Assembly (NCBI GenBank): GCA_963667035.1 | Contig: OY762964.1 | Coordinates: 704,001-768,000, forward strand | Direction: 5' to 3' | Origin: Candidatus Cloacimonadales bacterium | Lineage (GTDB): Bacteria > Cloacimonadota > Cloacimonadia > Cloacimonadales > JAFGVF01 | Length of the DNA stretch: 64,000 nucleotides | Shown: piece after piece, positions 40,601 through 48,734 of the stretch | Numbering within the stretch: position 1 is the stretch's first letter | How the letters are laid out: every line of letters begins with the position of its first letter | The notes under the pieces: generated by a model | The model's input: only the letters and a program-made list of their open reading frames with translations | Database searches by the model: none | What the model was told of the DNA's origin: nothing | Made by a program: the position numbers and the translations under genes

Positions 40601-42379
40601 GTATATAGAGATGGCAGCTTAGTAGGTTCATCTGATACTAATGAATATACAGACGAAAACCTTGCTAATGGAACCTACGAGTATTATGTAGTAGCAGTTC
40701 ATTCAATCGGTGAGTTGTCTGTAACTTCTAATCAATCAAATACAATTCAGGTTGTTGTTAGTGAGGCTTATCCTCCAACCGGTCTTAACTATGTTATTGA
40801 TAATGGTAATGACTTAACATTAACATGGGATGCTCCGGTAGATACTAATGATATTTCTCACTACAATGTATATAAAAATGGCTCTCTTGAAACAGGAGTA
40901 ACAGAATTAACTTACACTGAGAATGACCTTGTTAACGGAACCTATGAGTATTATGTAGAAGCTTATTACAATTCGGGAGCAACAGCAGCATCAAATCATG
41001 TTACACTTAATGTTGAGGTTGCTTATGTACCAACAGGACTAGCAGTAGTAGTTACAAGTAACAATGTAAACTTAACTTGGACTGCTCCTACTGATAATGT
41101 TGGATTATTATCATATAACGTCTACAGAGATGAAGCTCTCATCGGTAACTCAACAACAGCTACCTATGATGACTTGAGTCTTGCTAACGGTACATACGAC
41201 TACACTGTTTCAGCAGTATATGGAGTAGGTGAGTCTACTCAGACAGCTCCGGTTGTTGCAAATATAGAAATAGCTTATGTACCTTCAAATCTGACTACTT
41301 CTGTTACTGATGATGATGTAATTCTAAGTTGGGATGCTCCGGCTGATGTAACAGGTCTTGTATCGTATAATGTATATAGAGATGGTTCAAGCATTGGAAA
41401 CACTACAACTGCTTCATTTACAGATTCAGACTTAGCTAACGGTGATTACAGCTATACTGTTTCAGCAGTGTATGGTACCGAAGAATCGGCTCAGTCTACT
41501 GCAAGTTCTGCTCATGTTGAAGTAGTTTATGTAGCCCAAAACCTAACTTCAAGTGCAGTTAATGATGATGTAATTCTCACATGGGAAGCTCCTGTAGATA
41601 CATTTGGTATACAACACTATAATATATATCGTGACACCGAGTCTATCGGAACATCAACCGAGTTGACTTATACAGACAGTGACCTAATGAACAGTCATTA
41701 TATATATACTGTTTCAGCAGTATATGGTGCCGGTGAATCAGGTCAGATTACAACAGAAATTGATGTTGTTGTAGCATACGAGCCTCAAATAGCTGAAGCT
41801 GACGTGCAAACAGGAACTCACTATGCATTGTTGAATTGGACTGCTCCTACTGATAATGGTTTCCTTACCGGTTATCGTATCTATAGGTTAATCCCGGGAC
41901 AACTTGAAAGTCCTGAACTTTGGATAGAAGTTGAGAACCTTGTTAATGCTGTAACTTATACGGATGAAGATTTTGCTACACTTACTGACGGATTGTATCT
42001 GTATGCTGTTGCTTCAGTATATATGGAAACAATGGTTTCAGACGTGACGTTTACTAATGTAATTGACCCTACTGGAGGAAACGAAGTTGTAACAACTCCT
42101 GCAGTAACAAGTTTGAGTTCAGTATATCCTAACCCATTCAATCCATCAACTTCAGTCAGCTTCTCGTTATCCGAGAAACAAAGAGCGGTTGTAAAAGTTT
42201 ATAACAGTCGTGGACAATATGTTAAGACTATTATAGATGATACATTAGAAAAGGGTGAACACTGTATTAGTTGGAATGGTAGAGATAAGAACAATCGTGG
42301 TCTTGCTTCAGGAGTTTACTTCATTAGAATGCAGACAGCCGATTACTCAAAATCTATTAAAGCTGTTCTCATGAAATAA
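31634..42379 (+). CDS. giant secreted protein (3581 aa): inactive peptidase C10-like domain, roughly 35 FN3-like repeats and FlgD-Ig/T9SS-type CTD
   Basis: Signal peptide; C10-like 'AMIMKYWNHP', 'ELNQGRPI', 'FVIDGW...FHVNWG...NGYF'; repeated 'V.LTW.AP...GYKVYRD...Y.D..L.NG.Y.YYV.A.Y..G.S..SN'; YPNPFNP CTD. Confidence 0.88.
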   Translation: MKTVSFKLFYVFLIAMFTLLLPATAFADVSPMVQSVWGTGTEWNNNCPSDNIGSGGHADAGTMAVSTAMIMKYWNHPANGVGSNTYNHPVYGTLFADFENTSYNWESMSNTLVLSGSRVLISQAGIALNMDYGTNASYAPIDNAFTALTNNFRYDGTAQLVNRDDYSNAAWEQLLKYELNQGRPILYKADTQDGEIGFVIDGWRNGNEFHVNWGKDGNLNGYFTIDSFNYEGIDLTNGHRAVIGIYPSLGPQTVDENFEGDFSGFNWQFGGNSDWTITTNEHYYGVQSAKSGQINHNQTSSLYVQINVEADDVISFNRKVSCENSMGWEPTFDYLSFWIDDNEMDRWDGQTTWSYEEYPVTAGVHTFKWEYRKDGATIEGQDCAWIDAIDFPNGETPLNPVQNFTAEVVNNNDVEMNWDMPLGATRDIVGYRVYRNGQELITVSNPEVLSYTDTNLANGEYTYYVRAFYQEGLSNPSNPITLEVEVPYTPTNLIAEVVSDDDVALTWSQPPTFRNGRSLNGYKIYRNNSLIATVSDESILNYNDNDLPQAVYRYYVTATYTTGESAASNIAIASVGVPTPPTGLTAQLVNRNDVLLNWVAPPTTRELLGYNVYRDDVSIAQVNDATTVSYTDLNVPNGTYTYNVTAIYSNGESEAGTSATISIEVMYPPVNLTYTIENQINIRLAWERDVNTRNLQSYSIFRDGQQIAIIFNPDRLYYLDEDIVNGEYEYYVTATYTSGTSEASNSVNVLMEVLYPCTILNASVDGDVATLSWDRPVNSGGLRSFNGYNIYRGGNLISFVDNPSTLTYQDTGLANGYYNYEVTAVYTTGESIPVSINNVFIEVAYPPRNLSASQEDDDFILTWNAPATSASQLSRNDRVTRSMNGYKVYRDDTEIAHITDTAVLTYRDVALVNGNYSYYVTALYTAEESIPSNVVDIEMDIAYPPTALEGTVNDDDISLSWTAPVNSGGLVRSFINYRIYRDDLLIDTTTELTYTDTDLANGSYRYYVTAVHDAGESTASNTVNMIVEVLYPASNLNTEVFDKNNVRISWIAPVTSGGLRSFNGYKVYRNDEEIAELSSLQYEDLILDNGTYSYYVKAVYDSGLSEASNSDSKVIEYPYPVTNLTAVVDQAEVTLNWDLPQGTSRSITHYQLFRNGNELEMITNSLQTEYVDSNLSNGTYTYYLVTHNDSDSGPSEASEDITATVEVLYPPRNLVATVIEDNVSLSWTAPQTGVFARLGARTRDLLTYKVYRDDVEIAETTDLSYDDNSLSNGTYNYNIKAVYTSGTSEASNTEEVLVEILYPATNFSVNVVEDDVSLSWDSPATSGGLTRAFLGYKIYRDDVEIADITETTYFDSDLTNGTYSYYVVAEYTTGSANPTETLQAIVEVLYPPTALTGEIEDYNNIRLSWTAPVNSGGLRDFVEYELLRNDTVIITQTELTYFDQLIPDGDYTYQVRAVYSSGTSSLSNSVSFNVEYPYPPSNLQANVVDDDVNLSWNAPTNGRVFVQYHIYRNDELLVSVDTNSYSDTNLQNGHYEYYVQAAYSNSVSEASNTVSIDMEVLYPATNLSYSTDQDEVTLTWDSAVTSGGLTRNFLGYKIYRNDAEIAEVSELTYTDVDLANGVYNYYIKANYTSGLSESSNTITATVEVLYPASDLAYSVDQDEVTLTWNAVATSGGLTRDFLGYKVYRDDVEIAEVTELTYTDVDLTNGVYDYYIKANYTSGLSESSNIVTATVEVLYPATNLAYSVDQDEVTLTWDNAVTSGGLTRDFLGYKIYRDETEIAEVTELTYTDTDLANSVYDYYVKANYTSGLSEASNTVTATIEVLYPATNLAYSVDQDEVTLTWDAALTSGGLTRSFLGYKVYRDEEEIAEVTELTYTDVDLANGVYDYYVKANYTSGLSESSNTVTATVEVLYPATNLAYSVDQDEVTLTWNAAATFGGLTRDFLGYKVYRDDVEIAEVTELTYLDADLTNGVYDYYVKANYTSGLSEASNTITATVEVLYPATNLSYSVDQDEVTLIWDSAVTSGGLDRSFLGYMIYRDEVEIAEVPETTYTDIDLANGVYDYYVIANYASGLSETSNTVTATVEVLYPATNLAYSVDQDEVTLTWDAAVTSGGLLRDFLGYKIYRDEVEIAEVTELTYTDTDLTNGVYSYYVKANYTSGLSEASNTITATVEVLYPATNLNYSVDQDEVTLTWDAAVVTGGLDRSFLGYKIYRNNLEIAEVTELTYTDVDLANGIYNYYVRADYTSGLAEASNTVSATVEVLYPATNLSYSVNQDEVTLSWTAVVTEGGLDRSFLGYKIYRDDVEIAETVMTTYVDVDLANGTYDYYIEANYTSGLSEASNTVTATVEVLYPATNLAYSVDQDEVSLTWDAPITVGGLTRSFVGYKVYRDLMEIAEVAELGYTDTGLANGTYSYSVKAVYDSGLSAYSNSVEVLIEVLYPAQNLSGAVTNDDVALTWNAPSVSGSRSLTGYKVYRDNVEIGDVTELSYNDEDLANGTYTYHVVAYYTTGDSEPSNSFVAEVDVPYAPSNLTGSVNEDTVTLNWDLPAVSGGLRSFNGYFIYRNGGLITVLNNSSAQTYFDENLANGDYEYYIVAYYDSGLSAASNTVTVNVNVLPDLFPPTNLQAVVNNLRDVTLSWVAPENNPVSYKVYRNSVEIAEVSMTVFNETLIENGTYTYWVKAVYNEGISSNSNSVIVNVEVAYAPSDLVTSVDDNDVSLTWTNPEAGEIGIIVYRDDVEIALINNSTTNTYTDMNLMNGTYSYHLKAIYTSTVSQASASASATVEIIYPVSALQYEVNTDSVTLNWSEPLDPTGLVNYKVYRNAEMIATETTLSYTDNGLVNGDYDYYIVAQYSTGDSNPSNTVTALVQVAYPVQNVQTAVNGDEVTVSWDEPSDVVGLQSYSIEREGEFVGSTQQLNFTDTDVVNGIYTYTVKASYEVGFSEPVNAIPETIVLVAYAPTALTQQINENIVTLNWNEPSDMNAFQVYNVYRDGSLVGSSDTNEYTDENLANGTYEYYVVAVHSIGELSVTSNQSNTIQVVVSEAYPPTGLNYVIDNGNDLTLTWDAPVDTNDISHYNVYKNGSLETGVTELTYTENDLVNGTYEYYVEAYYNSGATAASNHVTLNVEVAYVPTGLAVVVTSNNVNLTWTAPTDNVGLLSYNVYRDEALIGNSTTATYDDLSLANGTYDYTVSAVYGVGESTQTAPVVANIEIAYVPSNLTTSVTDDDVILSWDAPADVTGLVSYNVYRDGSSIGNTTTASFTDSDLANGDYSYTVSAVYGTEESAQSTASSAHVEVVYVAQNLTSSAVNDDVILTWEAPVDTFGIQHYNIYRDTESIGTSTELTYTDSDLMNSHYIYTVSAVYGAGESGQITTEIDVVVAYEPQIAEADVQTGTHYALLNWTAPTDNGFLTGYRIYRLIPGQLESPELWIEVENLVNAVTYTDEDFATLTDGLYLYAVASVYMETMVSDVTFTNVIDPTGGNEVVTTPAVTSLSSVYPNPFNPSTSVSFSLSEKQRAVVKVYNSRGQYVKTIIDDTLEKGEHCISWNGRDKNNRGLASGVYFIRMQTADYSKSIKAVLMK
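36311..38950 (+). repeat. ten tandem 264-bp (88-aa) intragenic repeats
   Basis: 'VLYPA' codons recur at 36311, 36575, 36839, 37103, 37367, 37631, 37895, 38159, 38423, 38687 and 38951. Confidence 0.92.
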
Positions 42380-42440
42380 GAGTTAACAATTTGTTTTGTA
42401 ACTTCGCAATAGCGAGGTGCGTAACAAATTCAGATAATGT

Positions 42441-42474
42441 TCTAGGCTGTTGATTTTCAACAGCCTAGACTTTT
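42441..42474 (+). terminator. intrinsic terminator
   Basis: TCTAGGCTGTTGA-ttt-TCAACAGCCTAGA followed by CTTTT. Confidence 0.85.
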
Positions 42475-42717
42475 ATAGTTGATTAAGTTTAAACCAATCA
42501 AATTAAAAATCCTATTCTAGTTAAATACCAAGCTGTTGATATAAGGCGAATACAATAATTATACATTTGGAGAGTCTATTAACAATTATCATTGACACAT
42601 TGTAAAACATATACAGAATATATATTTCTGAAATTATACATAAAATCCTATAACGAAGTACTGGATTACTATGCTATCAGGAATTAAAGTGAATTATATC
42701 GATTGAATGAGGAAGTT

Positions 42718-43167
42718 ATGTTATCCATAAAAAATAGAAAAGCAAGACATGAGTTTAGTATTATTGATACTTATGAAACAGGTATTGTTTTAACTGGAAC
42801 AGAGATAAAATCAGTGCGAATGGGAAAAGTCAGTTTTAAGGATAGTTATGCAAGAGTAATATCCGGTGAAATGTGGCTTTTGAGTCTGCATATTAGTCCC
42901 TATGAAAAGGGTACTTATGATAATCATGATGCAACCCGAAAACGTAAACTTCTATTACATAAGAATGAGATAGATAAAATAAATCGAAAAGTGCAAGAAT
43001 CGGGAATGACTCTAGTTCCGCTTGAGGTTTTCATAAATCCTAAAGGATTATGTAAGGTTGTTATTGCTCTTGCAAAAGGAAAGCATACATTTGATAAAAA
43101 ATTGGATAAACAGGCTAAAGATATTAAGAGAGAAGCTGATAGAGCCTTGAAGAATATAGGTCAGTAA
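42718..43167 (+). CDS. smpB: SsrA-binding protein SmpB
   Basis: 'NRKARHEF.I...ETGIVLTGTEIKSVR.GK', 'HISPY', 'RKRKLLLHK.EI', 'LAKGK...DK'. Confidence 0.97.
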   Translation: MLSIKNRKARHEFSIIDTYETGIVLTGTEIKSVRMGKVSFKDSYARVISGEMWLLSLHISPYEKGTYDNHDATRKRKLLLHKNEIDKINRKVQESGMTLVPLEVFINPKGLCKVVIALAKGKHTFDKKLDKQAKDIKREADRALKNIGQ

Positions 43168-44325
43168 ATGAAAATACTAATGGTGCTTGAAAGTAGTTTC
43201 CCACCTGATTTAAGAGTTGAGAATGAGATTGATGCTCTTCATGAAGCCGGGCATGAGATTCACTTAGCATGTCGAGAGTTAGTAAACTGTACAAATACAA
43301 AATCATATCCCGGTGTCCTGATACATCGAAAAAAGATGTCTGATTTAGTCTACAAAAGCTCAGTAGGATGTTTAAAGATATCTTTATACTTTAATTGGTG
43401 GAAGAAATATTTAAGAGAGATACTAGATAAAGAGAGTTTTGATGCAGTACATCTTCATGATCTAACTCTTAGTGAAGTAATAATCGGACTTAGAAGAGAT
43501 TATGCCTTTAAATTTGTTCTTGATTTACATGAAAATTATCCGGTACTGTTAATGCTCTCGGAACATGTAAGACGTTTCCCTGCAAACATACTCTTTGATT
43601 TTAAGCAATGGCAATCTTATGAAAGGGATGCAGTACAAGCTGCAGATCAAGTTATTGTTGTTATTGACGAGGCAAAAGAGAGAATTCTGAAACTCGGTGC
43701 AAACAAAGATAAAATAACGGTTGTTTCCAATACTTATCCTGAATATAAATTCAAGGAAATTGATAAGATTAAAGAGAATAGCTTTATAATATTCTATGGA
43801 GGTGGAATTACTATCCACAGAGGTTTACAGTATGTTGTGTCGGCAATTGGATTACTGAAAAGCAAATATCCTGATATCGTGTTTAGAATCTTTGGTAACG
43901 GAAGGTATTTGGATGATTTAAAATCCAATGCTATAAATTCAAACAATAATATTGAGTTTAAAGGTTGGGTTCCTAGCGATGAGTTGATGGATGAGCTTTC
44001 AAAAGCTGATGTGGCGATTATTCCGCATGTGAAATCGGAACATACAGATACAACCATACCGCATAAACTATTCCAGTATATGGCAAAAGGAATACCTGTA
44101 CTTACGTCTGATTGCGATCCTCTTGCCAGAATTGTTAGGGAAGAAGGTTGTGGATTTGTTTACACCTATGATGATATACAGGGACTAGCTAATAAAATTG
44201 AGAAATTATACAAAGATTATGATTTAAGAAGAGCAATGAGTGATAACGGAATATCCGGAGTAAGAGAAAAGTATCTCTGGAAGTATGATGCGGAAAAGCT
44301 AAGCAAGCTTTACAATACATTATGA
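43168..44325 (+). CDS. glycosyltransferase family 4
   Basis: 'FPPDLRVENE', 'YGGGIT.HRGL', 'PHKLFQYMAKGIPVLTSD'. Confidence 0.9.
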   Translation: MKILMVLESSFPPDLRVENEIDALHEAGHEIHLACRELVNCTNTKSYPGVLIHRKKMSDLVYKSSVGCLKISLYFNWWKKYLREILDKESFDAVHLHDLTLSEVIIGLRRDYAFKFVLDLHENYPVLLMLSEHVRRFPANILFDFKQWQSYERDAVQAADQVIVVIDEAKERILKLGANKDKITVVSNTYPEYKFKEIDKIKENSFIIFYGGGITIHRGLQYVVSAIGLLKSKYPDIVFRIFGNGRYLDDLKSNAINSNNNIEFKGWVPSDELMDELSKADVAIIPHVKSEHTDTTIPHKLFQYMAKGIPVLTSDCDPLARIVREEGCGFVYTYDDIQGLANKIEKLYKDYDLRRAMSDNGISGVREKYLWKYDAEKLSKLYNTL

Positions 44326-45581
44326 AACTATTAAGCACTCATACTGTTGAACGTATCAGAGATGCAGGGTTCTGTATTGGATGCGGTACATGTAAACAGA
44401 TTTGTCCTGTAAATGCTATAGATATTATATATTCTAAATCGAGAGGACAATACATCCCCAAAGTTAACATTGTTAAATGTACTCGATGTGGATTATGCCT
44501 TAACATATGTCCGGGAGATGATTTAAACCATAAAGAGTTATCACAGTTTGTACATAAAAAACAACCGAGTAACCCATATATTGGTGCATACGAGAAGATT
44601 TATATAGCTTCATCACAAGATGAAGAAATAAGATCGGACGGTGCTTCCGGTGGATTTGTGACACAGTTATTGACTAATCTACTTAATACTAGAGCAGTTG
44701 ATGCTGTACTGGTAGCTGGTATGGAGACAGGCAATCTGAATCAAGCACATATGTATCTTGTTAAAAAAGTGGAAGATTTACCCAAATATCAGAGATCGGT
44801 TTATACAAATGTACATTGGGCTAATCATCTAAGTGAGATTCAAAAGCTTAAATTAAGAACTGCTGTTGTTGCTTTACCTTGTCACCTTCATGCAATGAAC
44901 AAATTCATGCAAATCAAACCTGAGTTAAGAGAATATATCAGATATACAATTGGTTTATTTTGCGGTGGTACATATAAGGGTAATACTGTTCTTGCAAAGC
45001 TTAGTGAGATGAAAATAAGACCGGAAGAGGTTTCAAAGATTGACTATCGATGGGGAGAATGGCCAGGGAAGATGAGAATCACACTAAAAAATGGAGAATC
45101 GATTCTTACTTCAAGGGATGAAGTTTTTAAAACAGGATATTTGAAACGATGTTACTTTTGTTTTGACTTTCTTGCTGATCTCGCAGATGTATCAGTAGGT
45201 GATAACTGGAGTAGAGATACAGAAGGAAGTGAGAATGTAGTTATTGTTAGACAAACAAAGATTCTTCCTTATCTTGATTACTTGAATCTCAAAGAAATTG
45301 ATGAGAACAAGGTTGTTAAATCTCATAACCTTATGAGTTATAGACAGAGATTCATAAAAGCGAATACTAGAGTAAGTAGTTTTTTTAGACAACCTACTCC
45401 CAAGATTGTACCTTACAACGGAATCAAGACTAGATTTAAGCATTATATTAATGCTTTGTTAGAGTATTGTACCTTTAATATGAATGATGTTTCTATGAAT
45501 ACGAGAAAGAGATTTCTTAAACTTAAAGGAATTTATTTTCATTTTATTATGAAACCGGAATCTGATAGAAAGAAGAAATGA
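44322..45581 (+). CDS. coenzyme F420 hydrogenase/dehydrogenase beta-subunit-like protein with N-terminal ferredoxin (polysaccharide-locus type)
   Basis: CIGCGTC..CP and CTRCGLC..CP; 'GASGGFVT', 'LPCH', 'IGLFC', 'RCYFCFD...ADVSVGDNW'. Confidence 0.88.
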   Translation: MKLLSTHTVERIRDAGFCIGCGTCKQICPVNAIDIIYSKSRGQYIPKVNIVKCTRCGLCLNICPGDDLNHKELSQFVHKKQPSNPYIGAYEKIYIASSQDEEIRSDGASGGFVTQLLTNLLNTRAVDAVLVAGMETGNLNQAHMYLVKKVEDLPKYQRSVYTNVHWANHLSEIQKLKLRTAVVALPCHLHAMNKFMQIKPELREYIRYTIGLFCGGTYKGNTVLAKLSEMKIRPEEVSKIDYRWGEWPGKMRITLKNGESILTSRDEVFKTGYLKRCYFCFDFLADLADVSVGDNWSRDTEGSENVVIVRQTKILPYLDYLNLKEIDENKVVKSHNLMSYRQRFIKANTRVSSFFRQPTPKIVPYNGIKTRFKHYINALLEYCTFNMNDVSMNTRKRFLKLKGIYFHFIMKPESDRKKK

Positions 45582-46783
45582 GTTATAAGCAAGTAATTAT
45601 TACAGAAGCGGATGTTATTGGCAACAAAGGTGCAGTTGCTATGGTTAATTGTATTGTCAGAGATTTGAGAAAAGTCATTCCGGATATCAAGATATATGTT
45701 ACTTCAAAGTATGTTAAAGAAGGCAAATATACTCTTTCAAATGGGGAGGAAGTTGAGATTCTAACTGACCATCAAAACGAGTTTGATGTTGCTTTAATCA
45801 AGACTTGGATTCGTTTTGTATTGACTCTGTTCGGAATCAAGAAGAAGCTTTTTCAAAACGATAAAGTACTTAATGTTTATGGTAATTGTGACTTAGCGAT
45901 TAGTACATCCGGAATTAGTTTTATTGATAACTTCGGGATTATAAAACTATATCATTACAGCAAATTCTTACAGATACCGGTATTAAACGGAGTGTCTGTC
46001 GTAAAGTTTACGCAATCTATAGGACCTTTTAAATCCAAATATAATAAAGCAATGGCTTCACTACTGTTTCCTCACCTTAAATTGATTATGGCTCGAGGTA
46101 GGCATACCTATGAGAACCTTCATGAGCTTGGAATTACTGAGAATGTGGAAGTATTCCCTGATATTGCAGTTACTCTAGATAAGAAGCAGTCTGATTATGT
46201 AGATAGTATTATTGAAAAGCACAAAGATAGAAGAATAATCGGTGTCTCTCCTAATGAAGTGTGTTTCAGATTGGATGAGAAGAAAATCTACTTACCTAAA
46301 CTTGTGGAGCTGATTCGTAATATTATTAAGTCAGAGCCGGAAACAGTAATCCTCCTCATTCCGCATACTATAGCTAAAAAAGGGCTTGGTAATAAAGATG
46401 ATTTCTGGCTATGTAATCAAATTGTAAATAGACTTATTGAGTATAAACAAATAGAAATAATAGAAACTTTGGAGATGGAAACAGAAGAAGTGAAATACCT
46501 TATCGGTAAGTGTGATTTCTTTATTGGATCACGTTTTCATTCTCTTATTGCTGCAACATCATGTGATATCCCAACATTAGCAATCGGATGGCATTGGAAA
46601 TATGAAGAGATGATGGAGTGGATAGGTGTTAAAGGTAATCTTCTACAGTATTGGGAGTTAAATGTAGCCGACTTGTTCAAGATGTATCAAGAAATAAGAG
46701 TAAAAGGACGCTTGAATAGAAAAGAGGATTTGACTATAAAAGCATCAGGAGCAGTTAAGAGATTAATAGAACTTATAGAATAA
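45578..46783 (+). CDS. polysaccharide pyruvyl transferase family protein (WcaK/CsaB-like)
   Basis: 'GNKGAVAM', 'QSIGPF', 'FPDIA', 'IGSRFHSLIAA'. Confidence 0.85.
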   Translation: MSYKQVIITEADVIGNKGAVAMVNCIVRDLRKVIPDIKIYVTSKYVKEGKYTLSNGEEVEILTDHQNEFDVALIKTWIRFVLTLFGIKKKLFQNDKVLNVYGNCDLAISTSGISFIDNFGIIKLYHYSKFLQIPVLNGVSVVKFTQSIGPFKSKYNKAMASLLFPHLKLIMARGRHTYENLHELGITENVEVFPDIAVTLDKKQSDYVDSIIEKHKDRRIIGVSPNEVCFRLDEKKIYLPKLVELIRNIIKSEPETVILLIPHTIAKKGLGNKDDFWLCNQIVNRLIEYKQIEIIETLEMETEEVKYLIGKCDFFIGSRFHSLIAATSCDIPTLAIGWHWKYEEMMEWIGVKGNLLQYWELNVADLFKMYQEIRVKGRLNRKEDLTIKASGAVKRLIELIE

Positions 46784-47007
46784 TACTGGTGATAGACTTT
46801 GGGATATTAAATCGGGATTATGTTAGCACTTCTATAAATATATAAACGGAAAAAAAGACTTGATAAATAATTTCATAATAATTAGGTAAACTCAATAAGA
46901 GCAAAGGAATAAAATGAATAAGATTCTTTACGGATTTAAAAAATTCAGATATCTGTTATTGATTAAAGTGAGTATACTGATTTTAAATAGCTTTAATAAG
47001 AGAGTGA

Positions 47008-47766
47008 ATGAGAAAATTATATTATAAATTTGTAGATAAGTGGATTATACCTGTTTTTAATATATTACTTACTGCTAAGTTGAGAAAGCTAAATAAGTAT
47101 GTTAAGGGTAATGTTCTCGACATTGGATGTGGAGAAAAACCTTATGCAAAGCTTTTTAACATGGCAGATAAGATAATAGGCACAAACTCTTCAGACTACT
47201 ATAATGATTTGGATTTAATACCCTCAGAGACGGATGTCATTTGTAATGATGGAGCTAATCTGCCATTTGAAAATGGTGAGTTTGATACTGTACTTAATTT
47301 TCAAGTACTTCCCGTTTTCGAGGATATGAACGCTTTCTTTTCTGAGATTCAAAGAGTATTAAAACCGGAGGGAGTGTTAGTCCTTTCTTCAGATTTTCTA
47401 TACCCGATATGGAATGCTCCTAACAATTATTGGCGAACAACTGAATATGGCTTAGATTCATTAGCTAGAGATAACGGTTTTGATGTAATTACTATAGAAC
47501 CTTTAGGTGGCTATTATGCAATGAAAGCAAGGTTGCAGAGGAGATTTCTTAGAACCAAAATGGCAAGTTCAGTAAACCGATTCAAAAAAGCTAAAGGTTT
47601 CATGAAACTGGCATTGCTAATGGAAGTTTTACTGGTAACCTTAAGGTCTTTTTTTGCTCCAATATGGTTAAATCTCTATATCACTATCATGTTGTTTTTT
47701 GATAAGATTGAATATGATTCCGAGTTTACAACCGGATATGTTCTAGTGGCACGTAAAAAATGCTGA
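47008..47766 (+). CDS. class I SAM-dependent methyltransferase
   Basis: 'VLDIGCGEKPY', 'LPFENGEFDTV', 'RVLKPEG', 'NYWRTT'. Confidence 0.88.
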   Translation: MRKLYYKFVDKWIIPVFNILLTAKLRKLNKYVKGNVLDIGCGEKPYAKLFNMADKIIGTNSSDYYNDLDLIPSETDVICNDGANLPFENGEFDTVLNFQVLPVFEDMNAFFSEIQRVLKPEGVLVLSSDFLYPIWNAPNNYWRTTEYGLDSLARDNGFDVITIEPLGGYYAMKARLQRRFLRTKMASSVNRFKKAKGFMKLALLMEVLLVTLRSFFAPIWLNLYITIMLFFDKIEYDSEFTTGYVLVARKKC

Positions 47767-48731
47767 CAATAATACCAACTATTGATGTTGAAGCTATACG
47801 CTCACTCACCAGATTAGGTGATTTTGATAAACTTATTCTCGGTAATATCGGGAATGAATACTTTGGTGTTCCGAGGATACTTGAAGTATTCTCGGAATAT
47901 AATATTACAGGTAGCTTTTTTGTAGATTTTGCAGAGATTGGTCACACAGATAATCAATTTATAGAACTAAACAATCTTATTCTAAGTCAAGATAGTGACA
48001 TACAATTACATATCCATCCACAATTTTGTGCTGATAAATCACGACCATTACTAAGGCAGTACTCATTGGAAGAGCAAACTTCAATATTTAAATGTGCAAT
48101 AGATAATATGAAGCTAACAACCGACTCTTATCCCAAAGCTTTCAGAGCGGGAGGGTATGGAGCTGATAATAACACTCTTCTTGTTATGAAGCAATACGGA
48201 ATAAACTTGGACTCTTCATTTTTCCCTAATCATATAAATTGTGGGATATCAGGGAGGAGTGTAAATTCTATAACTCATGATGGAGGAATTACTGAGTTCC
48301 CTGTTACTGTTTTTGAGAATCGAATCGGATATACTCTCGGGTCAAAAGTGCTACATAAAGGTTCGCTTCTAAAAAAACTTGATATTGATAGCTGCTCAAT
48401 AGAGGAATTAACAAAAGCTATAGATGTTTTAGCTGAATCAGGATTACAATATGTATGCTTGTTTTTACACAGCTATTCTTTGATAAAATGGAATCCAACT
48501 TACACTCAATACTATCCTGACAATAATGATATTGATAAGCTTAATGTGTTTATTAAGTATTGCAAAAGTAAGGGACATAGATTTTCGAATATAACAGATG
48601 AATATGAAAACTTGTTAAAAGCTGAATCAATTGTCGAAGGAATACCTTTAATTGATACAAGAAGAAAGTTAACTCAATCTGCCCATAAGTTGTTAAAGAG
48701 TAGACTTAGAAGTTATTTAAGAGGTAAGTAG
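47760..48731 (+). CDS. polysaccharide deacetylase family protein
   Basis: 'TIDVE', 'IQLHIHP', 'AFRAGGY', 'DSS', 'FLHSYS'. Confidence 0.82.
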   Translation: MLTIIPTIDVEAIRSLTRLGDFDKLILGNIGNEYFGVPRILEVFSEYNITGSFFVDFAEIGHTDNQFIELNNLILSQDSDIQLHIHPQFCADKSRPLLRQYSLEEQTSIFKCAIDNMKLTTDSYPKAFRAGGYGADNNTLLVMKQYGINLDSSFFPNHINCGISGRSVNSITHDGGITEFPVTVFENRIGYTLGSKVLHKGSLLKKLDIDSCSIEELTKAIDVLAESGLQYVCLFLHSYSLIKWNPTYTQYYPDNNDIDKLNVFIKYCKSKGHRFSNITDEYENLLKAESIVEGIPLIDTRRKLTQSAHKLLKSRLRSYLRGK

Positions 48732-48734
48732 TAA

